NCBI GenBank assembly: GCA_963677745.1
Contig: OY782391.1
Location: forward strand, 800,001 to 864,000
DNA from: Candidatus Altimarinota bacterium
Lineage (GTDB): Bacteria; Patescibacteriota; Gracilibacteria; UBA1369
Reading direction: 5' to 3'
Length of the DNA: 64,000 nucleotides
Shown here: positions 37,046 to 46,665 of the stretch, in pieces
Position numbering within the stretch: position 1 is the stretch's first letter
Layout: each line of letters begins with the position of its first letter
The notes under the pieces: model-generated
The model's input: only the letters and a program-made list of their open reading frames with translations
Told to the model about the DNA's origin: nothing
Databases searched by the model: none
Program-made: the position numbers and the translations under genes

Positions 37046-38251
37046 ATGTCCGAACAAAAAGCCGGTCTGCCTGAAAAAAAAGTTCTCTTCGGTCCGAATA
37101 CCTGGAAATGGCTGGTGGCTTTATGGGTTTTGCTGATTATTACCTTCTTTCTGGATAACTCACTGCTCCGGCGCGGCGTCGGACTGCGCTTTTCCTGGCT
37201 GGACGGGCTGATGCTTTATCTGACCGATTTCGGCATGTTCTTCTTTGCGGTTGTGATCACAATCAGTCTGCTTTTGCAGAAAAAATTCCGCTGGCTCGCT
37301 TTGCTCGCACTCAGCCTGGTGATCAGTTTTGAATTCAGTTATCTGCTCAAACTGATTTTCCAGAGTCCCCGTCCCTATTTCAATCTGGAAATTGCCATTA
37401 TTCCGCTTACCCAGGCGGCCGGCTATTCATTTCCCAGCCTGCATTCAGCGTTTTGTCTGGGCATAATTCCCTTCCTGGGCAAGATCTTTGAAAATCGCTT
37501 TAAACAATTGGCCGGTTTACTGATAGCTGTCATTATCGCCCTCAGCCGGGCCTATCTGGGCGTGCATTATTTTTCGGACATTTTGGCCGGGGGAGCCATC
37601 GGATTCCTGATTTCCCTGCTGGCGATACGCATTGAAGATACTTATCATTTCACCGAATGGTTCCAGGAGCACGTGAAAAGCAAGCTGGAACTGCGCCGAC
37701 AGATTGCCCATCTGGTGATCGGCAGCATACTGGTTTTTCTGATTGAACTTAAGCTGCTGACTGTGAATCTACTGGCCATTATTTTGATTGTCAGCGTCGG
37801 CCTGTCCCTGCTTTACCGCTACCGCCCGGTGCCGCTTATCCACGAGCTGCTGGGCTATCTGGAGAGAGAAAGGGACATTACCGTTTTTCCCGGAAAAGGT
37901 TTTATTTTTATGATATTGGGCGCGCTGTTATCGCTGTTTATTTTCCCCGTTACCATTGCCAAGGCGGCCATCATTGTGCTGGCGGTGGGGGATTCAATCT
38001 CCCACATTGTCGGCCGTTACTTTGGCAAGACGCGGGTGCCTTTCAGTAAAAACAAGATGCTGGAGGGAACCGTGGTGGCGATCGTCTTTGCCACGCTCTC
38101 GGCACTGCTTTTTGTCGATTTCCCCAAGGCCTTTCTGGCCTCTCTACTAACCGTTACTTTCGAATCCGTCTACCCGGAAAAGCTGGGCCGCTATTTGGAC
38201 GACAATCTGCTGGTCCCCCTTCTTGCCGGTACCATCATGGTACTGCTCTGA
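37046..38251 (+). CDS. PAP2 phosphatase fused to a CTP-dependent polyprenol (dolichol/phytol) kinase domain
   Basis: PAP2: K....PRP, SFPSLH, SRAYLGVHYFSD. Kinase: RR..H, GD....VG..FGK, K.LEG, DDNL.VP. Confidence 0.85.
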   Translation: MSEQKAGLPEKKVLFGPNTWKWLVALWVLLIITFFLDNSLLRRGVGLRFSWLDGLMLYLTDFGMFFFAVVITISLLLQKKFRWLALLALSLVISFEFSYLLKLIFQSPRPYFNLEIAIIPLTQAAGYSFPSLHSAFCLGIIPFLGKIFENRFKQLAGLLIAVIIALSRAYLGVHYFSDILAGGAIGFLISLLAIRIEDTYHFTEWFQEHVKSKLELRRQIAHLVIGSILVFLIELKLLTVNLLAIILIVSVGLSLLYRYRPVPLIHELLGYLERERDITVFPGKGFIFMILGALLSLFIFPVTIAKAAIIVLAVGDSISHIVGRYFGKTRVPFSKNKMLEGTVVAIVFATLSALLFVDFPKAFLASLLTVTFESVYPEKLGRYLDDNLLVPLLAGTIMVLL

Positions 38252-38422
38252 AGATTTTTGCCTAACCGGTCAGGAGACTTCCTTGACCGAAAGCTGGGGC
38301 AGGGGCCCCATTTGAGGGCAGGGAGGTCTCCTGACTGTCTTTGTGAATGAATTTGCAGCAGACAGCAGCAATGAGGTATATTTTACCCGCTGTTTTTGAT
38401 AAGTGCTTTTAATTATTAGAAC

Positions 38423-39979
38423 ATGACTGAAAATGTGGCCGCCCCCAATCCCTCCGCTCCCGTGCTCAACGAATTTGAAGAAAGAAGCAAGAAACTGACC
38501 GAACTGAAGGATCAGAAAATCCAGACTTATGTCGGACGGTATAAGCGTACCCATACCGCCGCTCAGGCACAGCAATTTGCCAAAACCACTACTCCCCGCC
38601 AGCTTGAGGAAATCGTGGCTGCCCCCAACGCCAAAATCAAACTGTCCGGCCGCCTGATGCTGATGCGTCCGCACGGTAAATTGACTTTTGCCCAGCTGCG
38701 GGACGTTACCGGGCAGATTCAGATCTGTTTCATGCAGGACTTCGTCGGCGCGGATGCCTATAAAATGTTGCGTAAAATCGACATTGGAGATTTTCTGGGC
38801 GTACAGGGCGAACTCTTTACCACCCGTCACGGAGAGACCACCTTGTTGGTAAAAACCTACACACTTTTAAGCAAAACACTTCGTCCCCTGCCTGAAAAAT
38901 TTCACGGCCTGGCCGATACGGAAACCAAATACCGTTATCGTTATCTCGATTTGCTGGCCGATCAGAACGCCTGGCAGAGATTCCATTTCCGCACCAGGCT
39001 GATTCAGGAAATCCGCCGTTTTTTGGATAAGCAGAATTTTGATGAAGTGGAGACCCCCATTCTGACCACTATTGCCTCCGGCGCCACGGCCAAGCCTTTT
39101 ACCACACATCACATGGCGCTGGATTTGCCCTGCTACCTGCGCATCGCACCGGAAACATATCTCAAGCGCTGTATTGTGGGCGGCTATGAAAAAGTCTATG
39201 AATTTGCCAAATGTTTTCGCAATGAGGGAATGGATCCCAGCCATCTGCAGGAATTCACCATGCTGGAGTATTACGCGGCCTACTGGGACTACAAAGACAA
39301 CATGAATTTTACCGAAAAAATGATCAAACATGTTCTCAAGAAATTGTTGGGAACACTGCAGATCGAGGCCCTGGATCGCGATGGAAATACCCAGGTGATC
39401 AACTTTGATGGCAAATGGCCCCGTCTGAAATTTGTCGATCTGATCAAAGGTGACTGCGGAATAGATATTATGAAGCATTATGGCGACGCCAAGGCCATGC
39501 TTTCGGAAATTCGCGCCAAAGGCATCCAGATCGAGAAAGCCGATACCATGGGGTACGGCAATCTTTGTGACGCGCTTTATAAAAAAGTCAGCCGTCCCAA
39601 GCTGATTCAGCCCTGCTTTGTGATCAAGCATCCCGTGGACACCAAACCTCTCGCCCGCCGCAGCGACCAGGATCACCGCATCGCCGACACCTTTCAGCTC
39701 CTGATCAATACCTGGGAGGTTATCAACGCCTATTCGGAGCTGGTCGACCCGCTTGATCAGCGCGAACGTCTGGAGAAACAGGTGGATGCTAAAAATGCCG
39801 GCGACGAAGAAGCCATGCCGATGGACGAAGATTATATTTATGCCATGGAACACGGCATGCCGCCGATCAGTGGCTGGGGCATGGGCATCGACCGCTTTAT
39901 GGCCCTGCTGACCAGACAGGACAATCTCAAAGACACCATTCTCTTTCCGTTGATGAAGCCCGAACGCGAAATTAAATAA
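38423..39979 (+). CDS. lysS: Lysine--tRNA ligase (class II)
   Basis: OB fold, YRYRYLDL, LRIAPE, FRNEG, EFTMLE and GMGIDR motifs. Confidence 0.98.
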   Translation: MTENVAAPNPSAPVLNEFEERSKKLTELKDQKIQTYVGRYKRTHTAAQAQQFAKTTTPRQLEEIVAAPNAKIKLSGRLMLMRPHGKLTFAQLRDVTGQIQICFMQDFVGADAYKMLRKIDIGDFLGVQGELFTTRHGETTLLVKTYTLLSKTLRPLPEKFHGLADTETKYRYRYLDLLADQNAWQRFHFRTRLIQEIRRFLDKQNFDEVETPILTTIASGATAKPFTTHHMALDLPCYLRIAPETYLKRCIVGGYEKVYEFAKCFRNEGMDPSHLQEFTMLEYYAAYWDYKDNMNFTEKMIKHVLKKLLGTLQIEALDRDGNTQVINFDGKWPRLKFVDLIKGDCGIDIMKHYGDAKAMLSEIRAKGIQIEKADTMGYGNLCDALYKKVSRPKLIQPCFVIKHPVDTKPLARRSDQDHRIADTFQLLINTWEVINAYSELVDPLDQRERLEKQVDAKNAGDEEAMPMDEDYIYAMEHGMPPISGWGMGIDRFMALLTRQDNLKDTILFPLMKPEREIK

Positions 39980-39994
39980 CATCAACAGGCCCCT

Positions 39995-41707
39995 ATGTCC
40001 CATCCCCGGGTGACCGGCACCCTGACACATCTCAAAAGTTTTTTAAGCAAGCGCAAAACGCCGCTTCTGGTAATCTTCTTTGTGGTGTTTTTTCTGACCA
40101 CCTTTGTCATTTCCGTGACCGGCGGACTGCGGGTGTTTTTCCCTTATCTGGGCGAATTGACGGGCTTCCCTTTCGGACAGAAAACTTATCTGGTGATATT
40201 TCAAAATAACAATGAGCTGCGGCCGGCGGGCGGATTCATTTCCTCTTTTGGCACCGTGCAGCTCACCGCCGGCCTGCCCACCCGCATTCAGATCGAAGAT
40301 GTTTACGGTACCATCGATGAACACGATCGCCTGCCCGCCCCCTGGCCGATGGAGAAACTTCTGGCCAACGAATGGTACAAGGGCTACACCTTCCGCGACG
40401 GCAATTACAGCCCAAATTTTCCCGATACGGCCGGTGAATTGCTGCGACTTTTTCATCTGACCCGTCCTGACGATAAAATCAACGGAGTGGTGGCAGTTAA
40501 TTTCCGCGTGCTGGAAGATTTGCTGGATGCTCTTGGGCCGATTGAGGTGGAAGGGAAATATCTTTCCAAGGACAATTTGTTTGAAGAGCTGACCAACCAG
40601 GTCAATGATGTCGACCGCCATAATCTGGAATCCCTGGCCAATCGCAAGTCTATCCTCAAATCGCTGGCCGACGCCATCATCAAAAAGATTGCTCTCAATC
40701 CTTTCAAACTGCGCAAGATTTCCGACGTAATCACCAGAAGCCTCAGCCGCAAGGATTTGCAGCTGTTTTTTTTCAATCAGAATCTGCAGCAGCTGGCCGA
40801 AAAGAACGGCTGGGCGGGGGAGTGGCCGGCCGCCGTCAGCGGCGATTTTCTGGCCATTAATGAGGCCAATCTGGGCGGAATGAAATCCGACCGGTATATC
40901 AACCGCCACATTACTTATCATGTGAAATTCACTGAAGATTATTTTACCTCAGACGCACTGCCAAGCGCCGAACTCACTCTCGATCTGAATCATTTCGGAA
41001 TTGAAAACATTCCATTGTCCGGGCCCTACACCGGCTATTTCCGTTTTTACAGCCGGCCGGAGCAGGTCAAGACGGCTTTCGCGGAGGGTCAGCCCGCCGC
41101 CATTTCCTCCGATCGCCCCTTGGAAGACCTGATCAAAATGAATCCCGGGGATTCCAAAACCGTTGTCAAATCCTACAACCTTTCCCGCAATGTGCTGACA
41201 GACAATCAGTATTCACTTTACATCCCCAAACAGGCCGGCACGGACGCCGACCTATATACCATCATTGTCGAATTGCCCCGCGGTTACCGCGTGGAAAGCG
41301 ATGATTTTGACAGCCGGGAAAATATCGGTTTCTGGCAGGGCCCCCTTGGCAAAGATCTCCGGCTGCAGTTAAAAGTGCTGGACGACCAGACCCCGCCCCG
41401 CGTAGTCCTGCAGGAAAATAACGGACTGAATCACATCGCCATTCACTTCAACGAAGACCTCAACCAGAATTTCGCCTCCGACCCTTTCAGTTACGAGGTT
41501 TCCGACTTGGATCTTAAACACCCCGAAACTACCGACCAAATCCGCATCCGCAAAGTGGAAACCACTTCCAAAGACGTGGATATTTATCTGACCGGGCAAA
41601 CCGCGCAGCCGGAAGAACGTTATGGCGTGCGCCTGAAAAACCTCCGCGACATTCACGGCAACGTGCTTTCCGACCGCCAGATTACGGTGGTTCAGAGGCT
41701 AAAATAA
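39995..41707 (+). CDS. DUF4012 domain protein with C-terminal Ig-like domain
   Basis: TM then YLVIFQNNNELRPAGGF, FRD.N.SP.FP and N.GG.KSD motifs. Confidence 0.8.
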   Translation: MSHPRVTGTLTHLKSFLSKRKTPLLVIFFVVFFLTTFVISVTGGLRVFFPYLGELTGFPFGQKTYLVIFQNNNELRPAGGFISSFGTVQLTAGLPTRIQIEDVYGTIDEHDRLPAPWPMEKLLANEWYKGYTFRDGNYSPNFPDTAGELLRLFHLTRPDDKINGVVAVNFRVLEDLLDALGPIEVEGKYLSKDNLFEELTNQVNDVDRHNLESLANRKSILKSLADAIIKKIALNPFKLRKISDVITRSLSRKDLQLFFFNQNLQQLAEKNGWAGEWPAAVSGDFLAINEANLGGMKSDRYINRHITYHVKFTEDYFTSDALPSAELTLDLNHFGIENIPLSGPYTGYFRFYSRPEQVKTAFAEGQPAAISSDRPLEDLIKMNPGDSKTVVKSYNLSRNVLTDNQYSLYIPKQAGTDADLYTIIVELPRGYRVESDDFDSRENIGFWQGPLGKDLRLQLKVLDDQTPPRVVLQENNGLNHIAIHFNEDLNQNFASDPFSYEVSDLDLKHPETTDQIRIRKVETTSKDVDIYLTGQTAQPEERYGVRLKNLRDIHGNVLSDRQITVVQRLK

Positions 41708-41717
41708 ATTCCTGAAT

Positions 41718-43082
41718 TTATTCCCCGAAATCCCCTTCGAAGGTGCGGGCTTTCTCCAGTGACAGGAATTTCATCTGTTCCTTTTTGAAGGCCAGTTCCA
41801 CGCGTCCGATCGGACCGTTTCTGTGTTTACGAATGTAAATATCGGTAATACCTGCTCTCTCGGAATCCTCTTCATAGTAATCTTCCCGATACATCATCAA
41901 CACCACGTCGGCATCCTGTTCAATAGCTCCGGATTCACGCAAGTCGGACAACTGGGGGACTTTGACCGGACGCAGTTCCACGGCGCGCGACAACTGTGAC
42001 AGGGCCAGAATCGGTACCCGCAATTCGCGCGCCAGTGATTTCAGGGAGCGGGAGATTTCGGAAATTTCATTGACGCGGTTATTCATATTGCCGGTCGAAC
42101 CGGTGACGGTCATCAGCTGCAGATAGTCGACGATTATCATATCCAGTCCGTTCTCCATCTGCAGGCGGCGGGCCTTGGAACGAAGTTCGGAAATAGAATT
42201 GCCTACCGAGTCATCGATAAAAATTTTCATGGCATAAAGTTCGTCCATGACCGAACCGATTCTCATGAAATCCTCTTCCGACAGTTTGCCGGATTTAATT
42301 TTCCAGGAATCGACGGACAGCAGTGAACTGAACATTCTTTCCACCAGCTGCTCCTTGCTCATTTCCAAGGATATCAGTCCCACGCTGCGGCCGGTTTTGG
42401 CCACGTTCTGGGCGATATTGAGGGCCAGAGCGGTCTTTCCCATGGAGGGACGGGCAGCCAGAATTACCAGATCGGAAGGCTGGAAACCGGTGAGGATATG
42501 ATCCAGATCGCGGAAACCGGTTGGCACGCCGCGGTATTTATCACGTGTTGCCGGATCATGAAGCTCGGTGATTTTGTCATAGGTGGAATTCAGAACATCT
42601 TTGATGTGTACAAATTTTTCCCGGATTGAAGCCTGTGAAACGCTGAACAGTGATTTCTCGGCCTGTTCCAGCAACATTTCCAGTGGATCAACTTCATTGT
42701 ATCCCAGTCCCATCACCACGTCGCCGCAACGGATCAGTTTCCTGAGCGTGGATTTCTGTTTAACGATCAGAGCGTAATTGAAAATGTGGGTGGAGGTGTG
42801 CACTTCATTGGCCAGAGTAGCCAGATAGCTGGCGCCCCCAATCATCTCCAGCTGTTTGCGGTCTTCCAGAATGGTTTTGGTGGTCAGCAGGTCAATCGGT
42901 GTCCGTTTTTCATAAAGATCCAGGATGGCGCGGTAAATCAGGCCGTGTACTTCGTGATAGTAATCCTCCTGCACCAGCAAATCGGCCACCTTGACGATGG
43001 AATCCTTGTCGATCAGCAGCGAGCCCAAAACCGCCCTTTCTGCTTCAATTGAATGTGGAGGTACCTTCAGTCCGCCTTCCAT
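41718..43082 (-). CDS. dnaB: Replicative DNA helicase
   Basis: PPHSIEAE, AARPSMGKT, SLEMS, DYLQL, SQLSR and DLRESGAIEQDAD motifs. Confidence 0.98.
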   Translation of the reverse strand: MEGGLKVPPHSIEAERAVLGSLLIDKDSIVKVADLLVQEDYYHEVHGLIYRAILDLYEKRTPIDLLTTKTILEDRKQLEMIGGASYLATLANEVHTSTHIFNYALIVKQKSTLRKLIRCGDVVMGLGYNEVDPLEMLLEQAEKSLFSVSQASIREKFVHIKDVLNSTYDKITELHDPATRDKYRGVPTGFRDLDHILTGFQPSDLVILAARPSMGKTALALNIAQNVAKTGRSVGLISLEMSKEQLVERMFSSLLSVDSWKIKSGKLSEEDFMRIGSVMDELYAMKIFIDDSVGNSISELRSKARRLQMENGLDMIIVDYLQLMTVTGSTGNMNNRVNEISEISRSLKSLARELRVPILALSQLSRAVELRPVKVPQLSDLRESGAIEQDADVVLMMYREDYYEEDSERAGITDIYIRKHRNGPIGRVELAFKKEQMKFLSLEKARTFEGDFGE

Positions 43083-43173
43083 GGAAAATATTTTAGGAAA
43101 TTTTCACAATTAGTTTATGACCTTCTTCTATACTTTTGGGTACTCATCTTATATTGACTAGTCAAAGATAATT

Positions 43174-43557
43174 ATGCCAAAGACCGATTTTAGGAAAAAA
43201 CTGGGGAATAAAGGGGAATTGCTTGCCTGTCAATTTCTACAGAAAAAAGGATATCGTCTGCTGCGGCAAAATTATCTGCTGCGGGGAGGTCAGATTGATT
43301 TGATCATGCATTCTCCCCAGGGCAATCTGGTTTTTGTGGAAGTGAAGACTCGGCTCGGCAGGAAGCCGGCCCAGGAAATCCGCCTGGGTGCGGGTCAGCT
43401 GCGCGCTATCAGGCGTACTGCCGGCCATTTTCTGTCCGCCTATAAATTTCCTTTCCTGTCTTGGCAATTGGACCTGATTTGGATACACTTGGAACCGGAT
43501 GCCAGACCTTCACCTCTGGCCAAAATAAAACACTATCAAAACATTCTGGAAACATGA
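43174..43557 (+). CDS. yraN: YraN (UPF0102) family nuclease-like protein
   Basis: G..GE..A..FL...GY, N....G.IDLI and LVFVEVKTR motifs. Confidence 0.88.
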   Translation: MPKTDFRKKLGNKGELLACQFLQKKGYRLLRQNYLLRGGQIDLIMHSPQGNLVFVEVKTRLGRKPAQEIRLGAGQLRAIRRTAGHFLSAYKFPFLSWQLDLIWIHLEPDARPSPLAKIKHYQNILET

Positions 43558-44618
43558 ATAACTGGAAAAAAATCAGGCAAATCCTGTTGATTCTCTTTCT
43601 GGTGGGAGGGCTGTTGTTCGTGATATTTGCGGTGTTTTTCAACCGGGCCGAACTGCAGATCAGCGCTGAAGCGCCATTCAATATTGACGTCGTAAATCAG
43701 CGTGGAAAATATTGCGAAGCTTCCCCCTGTTCCATCGTGCTGGCCCCGGGAACTTATCTGATCAATGTCAGTAAAACGGATTACCAGGACTACAGCGATG
43801 AAGTAACCTTGCCACTGGGCACCACCGTCAAAAAAGATTATCAGCTGGTGCGCCTGCCCAAGCTGGAAACTCTTGACGCCGCTTCAGTAGAAGCGGCGGA
43901 GCTGCAGGGGGTCTTAACCCATACCGGACTTTCCGGCCTGCCTCCGGACAATCAATATTTCTTTGCCCCCGACGGAACTACAGTCTATTTCCTGGCTGAC
44001 AATCCCGATACTTACCTGCCGTCTCTCTACCGGAAAAGTCTGGATGATCAGGAGCGTCCGCAGCTGCTGTTGAATTTTTTGCGTAAAGTAGAAAAACCTC
44101 TGATCAAAATCAATCCGGAACAGACCAAAGTTGCTTTGATCGACCAGTCCGATCCCCAGAACGCCAATCTCTACCTGTTGGATTTGGAAGCCAAATCACG
44201 GACGCTGATCGACCAGAATGACCTGATTACCGACGCCCTCTGGTTAGCGGCGGACGGAAACAGCCAGTACCTGCTCATCGAAAAGGTCAACCGGGTCACT
44301 CTGAACCGCTCTCTTTCCCTGATCGATACCGCCAATCCGGCCAGCCAGACAGCCCTGACCGCCCAAACCCTGATGACGGCGGTATTGCCTTATTCGGCTG
44401 ATCAGATCATTTATGCCGAGCTGTTTCCGCCCGCCGCGGACGGTTCAGCCGTCAAAGGCTTCAGCCTGAAACTTTTAAATCTGCGTACCCAGCTCTCCCA
44501 GAACATCTTTGATCTGCCCGGCTACAATCTTCCCCAAAAAATGAAATTCCAGAGCAAAAGCGGGATTTTGCTAATGCTAATTGACGGTGTGGTTTACAGT
44601 CTTTCCCCGATTCTCTAA
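43554..44618 (+). CDS. PEGA-domain membrane-anchored protein with beta-propeller-like region
   Basis: ATG at 43554, N-terminal TM, LAPGTY.I.VSK..Y.DY. Confidence 0.75.
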   Translation: MNNWKKIRQILLILFLVGGLLFVIFAVFFNRAELQISAEAPFNIDVVNQRGKYCEASPCSIVLAPGTYLINVSKTDYQDYSDEVTLPLGTTVKKDYQLVRLPKLETLDAASVEAAELQGVLTHTGLSGLPPDNQYFFAPDGTTVYFLADNPDTYLPSLYRKSLDDQERPQLLLNFLRKVEKPLIKINPEQTKVALIDQSDPQNANLYLLDLEAKSRTLIDQNDLITDALWLAADGNSQYLLIEKVNRVTLNRSLSLIDTANPASQTALTAQTLMTAVLPYSADQIIYAELFPPAADGSAVKGFSLKLLNLRTQLSQNIFDLPGYNLPQKMKFQSKSGILLMLIDGVVYSLSPIL

Positions 44619-44645
44619 GATAACAGGGTAAAATAAAAACCAACC

Positions 44646-45824
44646 ATGGAATTAAACCGGTTGCAAAAAGCCATTCAACAGAGAAAGGATGACGCCCAGT
44701 CCCTCACCAACCTGTCTTTTGCCGATTTCACCTTCCATGACAGTCTACTGACCCGCCGCAAGATCCAGAACGCCTTCGTCAATATTTTTAAATATCCTTA
44801 TTATTATCCCACCGCCCGCGGAGAGCAGGAGACTCTGGAAGCCGTCTGCGCCTACTATCGCAGGCTGGGGCAGGATGTGGATCCGGGCAGCCTCATTCTC
44901 ACCTCAACGCTTAATCAGAGTTATCTTTATCTGTTTAAAATATTTTCCAACGGCAACGGAGAAATTCTGGCGCCCACACCCCACAGTCCTTCGCTGGATG
45001 AAGTATCAGGATTCCTGGGCCTGGAGTTGAAGACTTACCCGCTCCTGGCTGAGCAGGGCTGGCAGATTGATTTGCAGCAACTGGAAAAAAACATCACCGA
45101 AAATACCCGGGCCATTCAGCTGATGTCGCCTCATTTACCAACCGGCGCGGTGCAAACAGCAGAAACTCTGGAAGGACTTCTGAAGCTCATTAAGGGGAAG
45201 AATATCGCTCTGATTGTCGATGAATCCCTCTCCGATTTTTATTTCGGGGAAGGCAAATTGCCGCTTATCACCGAGCTGGCCAAGTCCAAACAGCTGATCA
45301 TCACCTTGCAGTCCCTCAGCAATTCGTTCGCCCTGCCCGGTCTCAAGATCAGCTGGCTGCAGGTCAGCGGTCCCGCCGAACAGGCTGCCAATCTACTGCA
45401 GAGCATTGAGTTTCTGGCCGATACATTTCTGACACTGAGCCAGTTCAGCCAGACGGTTTTGCCGGAAGTGGTCAGATTCTCTAACAAATGGCGCCGGAAA
45501 TTCCAGAAAATTGTGGAAAAAAACCGCCACATCCTGGTTGGCAAACTTTCCAAATGCCCGCGCCTGCACTTTCATTTTCCGGAGGGGGGATTTTATGCTT
45601 TTATTAAAGTTCTGGCGGACCCCGAATCCCCCGGCGCTGTCCTTTCCGATGAAGATTTTGCCGTCGATTTGCTGGAAAAAACCGGCATCTACGTCCATCC
45701 CGGATATTATTATGCCCAGAAAGACGGCTGTTATTTTATGATCTGCTTCCTGCAGGACCCCGGTGTGTTGCGCACTTCATTGAAAAAAATCGTCAAATAT
45801 TTCCGCCCCCCGCGCAAAAAATAA
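44646..45824 (+). CDS. Class I/II aminotransferase-fold protein, catalytic Lys apparently absent
   Basis: P..PTG, IVDE, SLSNSFALPGLK, PEGGFY and V.PG motifs. Confidence 0.82.
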   Translation: MELNRLQKAIQQRKDDAQSLTNLSFADFTFHDSLLTRRKIQNAFVNIFKYPYYYPTARGEQETLEAVCAYYRRLGQDVDPGSLILTSTLNQSYLYLFKIFSNGNGEILAPTPHSPSLDEVSGFLGLELKTYPLLAEQGWQIDLQQLEKNITENTRAIQLMSPHLPTGAVQTAETLEGLLKLIKGKNIALIVDESLSDFYFGEGKLPLITELAKSKQLIITLQSLSNSFALPGLKISWLQVSGPAEQAANLLQSIEFLADTFLTLSQFSQTVLPEVVRFSNKWRRKFQKIVEKNRHILVGKLSKCPRLHFHFPEGGFYAFIKVLADPESPGAVLSDEDFAVDLLEKTGIYVHPGYYYAQKDGCYFMICFLQDPGVLRTSLKKIVKYFRPPRKK

Positions 45825-45912
45825 TTGCGCACGTCCCTCCCGCATCCGATTCCTTAGGAGAAAGTTGACAAAAACGAGTAAAGGTGATTAAATAAATTCC
45901 TTTATTGATTTT

Positions 45913-46665
45913 ATGTTGGAACAGGTCCTGAAAAACCAGGGGCTTACCGATAAGGAAACCGCTCTGTTCACCATGCTTCAGGAATGGGGTGAGCAACCGG
46001 CCAGTGTGCTGGCCAGAAAGGCCGTCTTGTCGCGTTCCTCCTGTTATGCTTCGCTGGAACAATTGCTGAAAAAAGGCCTGGTTTCGCGAGTTTATAAAAA
46101 CGGAATTTCTTATTTCCAGGGCAATGATTTGACGCCACTTCTGGACAGCCTGCAGCGTAGAAAAACGCAGGAAATCAAGGAAATAAGCCTTTTGAAGCTC
46201 AATTTAAAAACACGGAAAAAGCCGCCCGTCCCGGAACAGCAAAAATCATCTGCCCATTATTTCAGCGGGGAAGAAGGACTGGAAAATTTGATTAATCAAA
46301 TCCTGCGATATCCCTGCCCTGTCAAAAGAATTTATTTAAGTAAAAATCCTTACACCAGAACTTCTTTGAAAGATCGTCTGTCTGCGAATTCAGCGTCGAC
46401 CGCCGCTTCCAATGGAGCACTGAAAATTCTTTGCCAGGAAAAACTGTCTGAACTGCCTGGAGCGATTGCCAAGGGATTTCCGGCGGCTTTCGACCTGGGC
46501 ATTGACCTGATTATCAGCGGGGACAAACTTGCCCTGATCTGCTTCCCGGAAAATTTCGGACTCCTTATCGAAAGCCGCCTGATCACCAATGCTTTTGCCC
46601 GCGTCTTTGACCTGGTCTGGAAGTTCAGCCGTGCCGGAACCAATGCCGGTGCTGTTAACGGCTGA
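45913..46665 (+). CDS. TrmB family transcriptional regulator
   Basis: GLT.KE, AS.LARK....RSSCY..L..L..KGLV wHTH; G.EG; C-terminal LIES......FD.VW. Confidence 0.85.
   Translation: MLEQVLKNQGLTDKETALFTMLQEWGEQPASVLARKAVLSRSSCYASLEQLLKKGLVSRVYKNGISYFQGNDLTPLLDSLQRRKTQEIKEISLLKLNLKTRKKPPVPEQQKSSAHYFSGEEGLENLINQILRYPCPVKRIYLSKNPYTRTSLKDRLSANSASTAASNGALKILCQEKLSELPGAIAKGFPAAFDLGIDLIISGDKLALICFPENFGLLIESRLITNAFARVFDLVWKFSRAGTNAGAVNG

Noticed and set aside
38867-40030. 387-aa minus-strand ORF
   Set aside because: Antisense shadow of lysS; likewise 57614..58591 opposite murA and 40043..40921.
41718-43082. Intein in DnaB
   Set aside because: Normal length (454 aa) with contiguous motifs.
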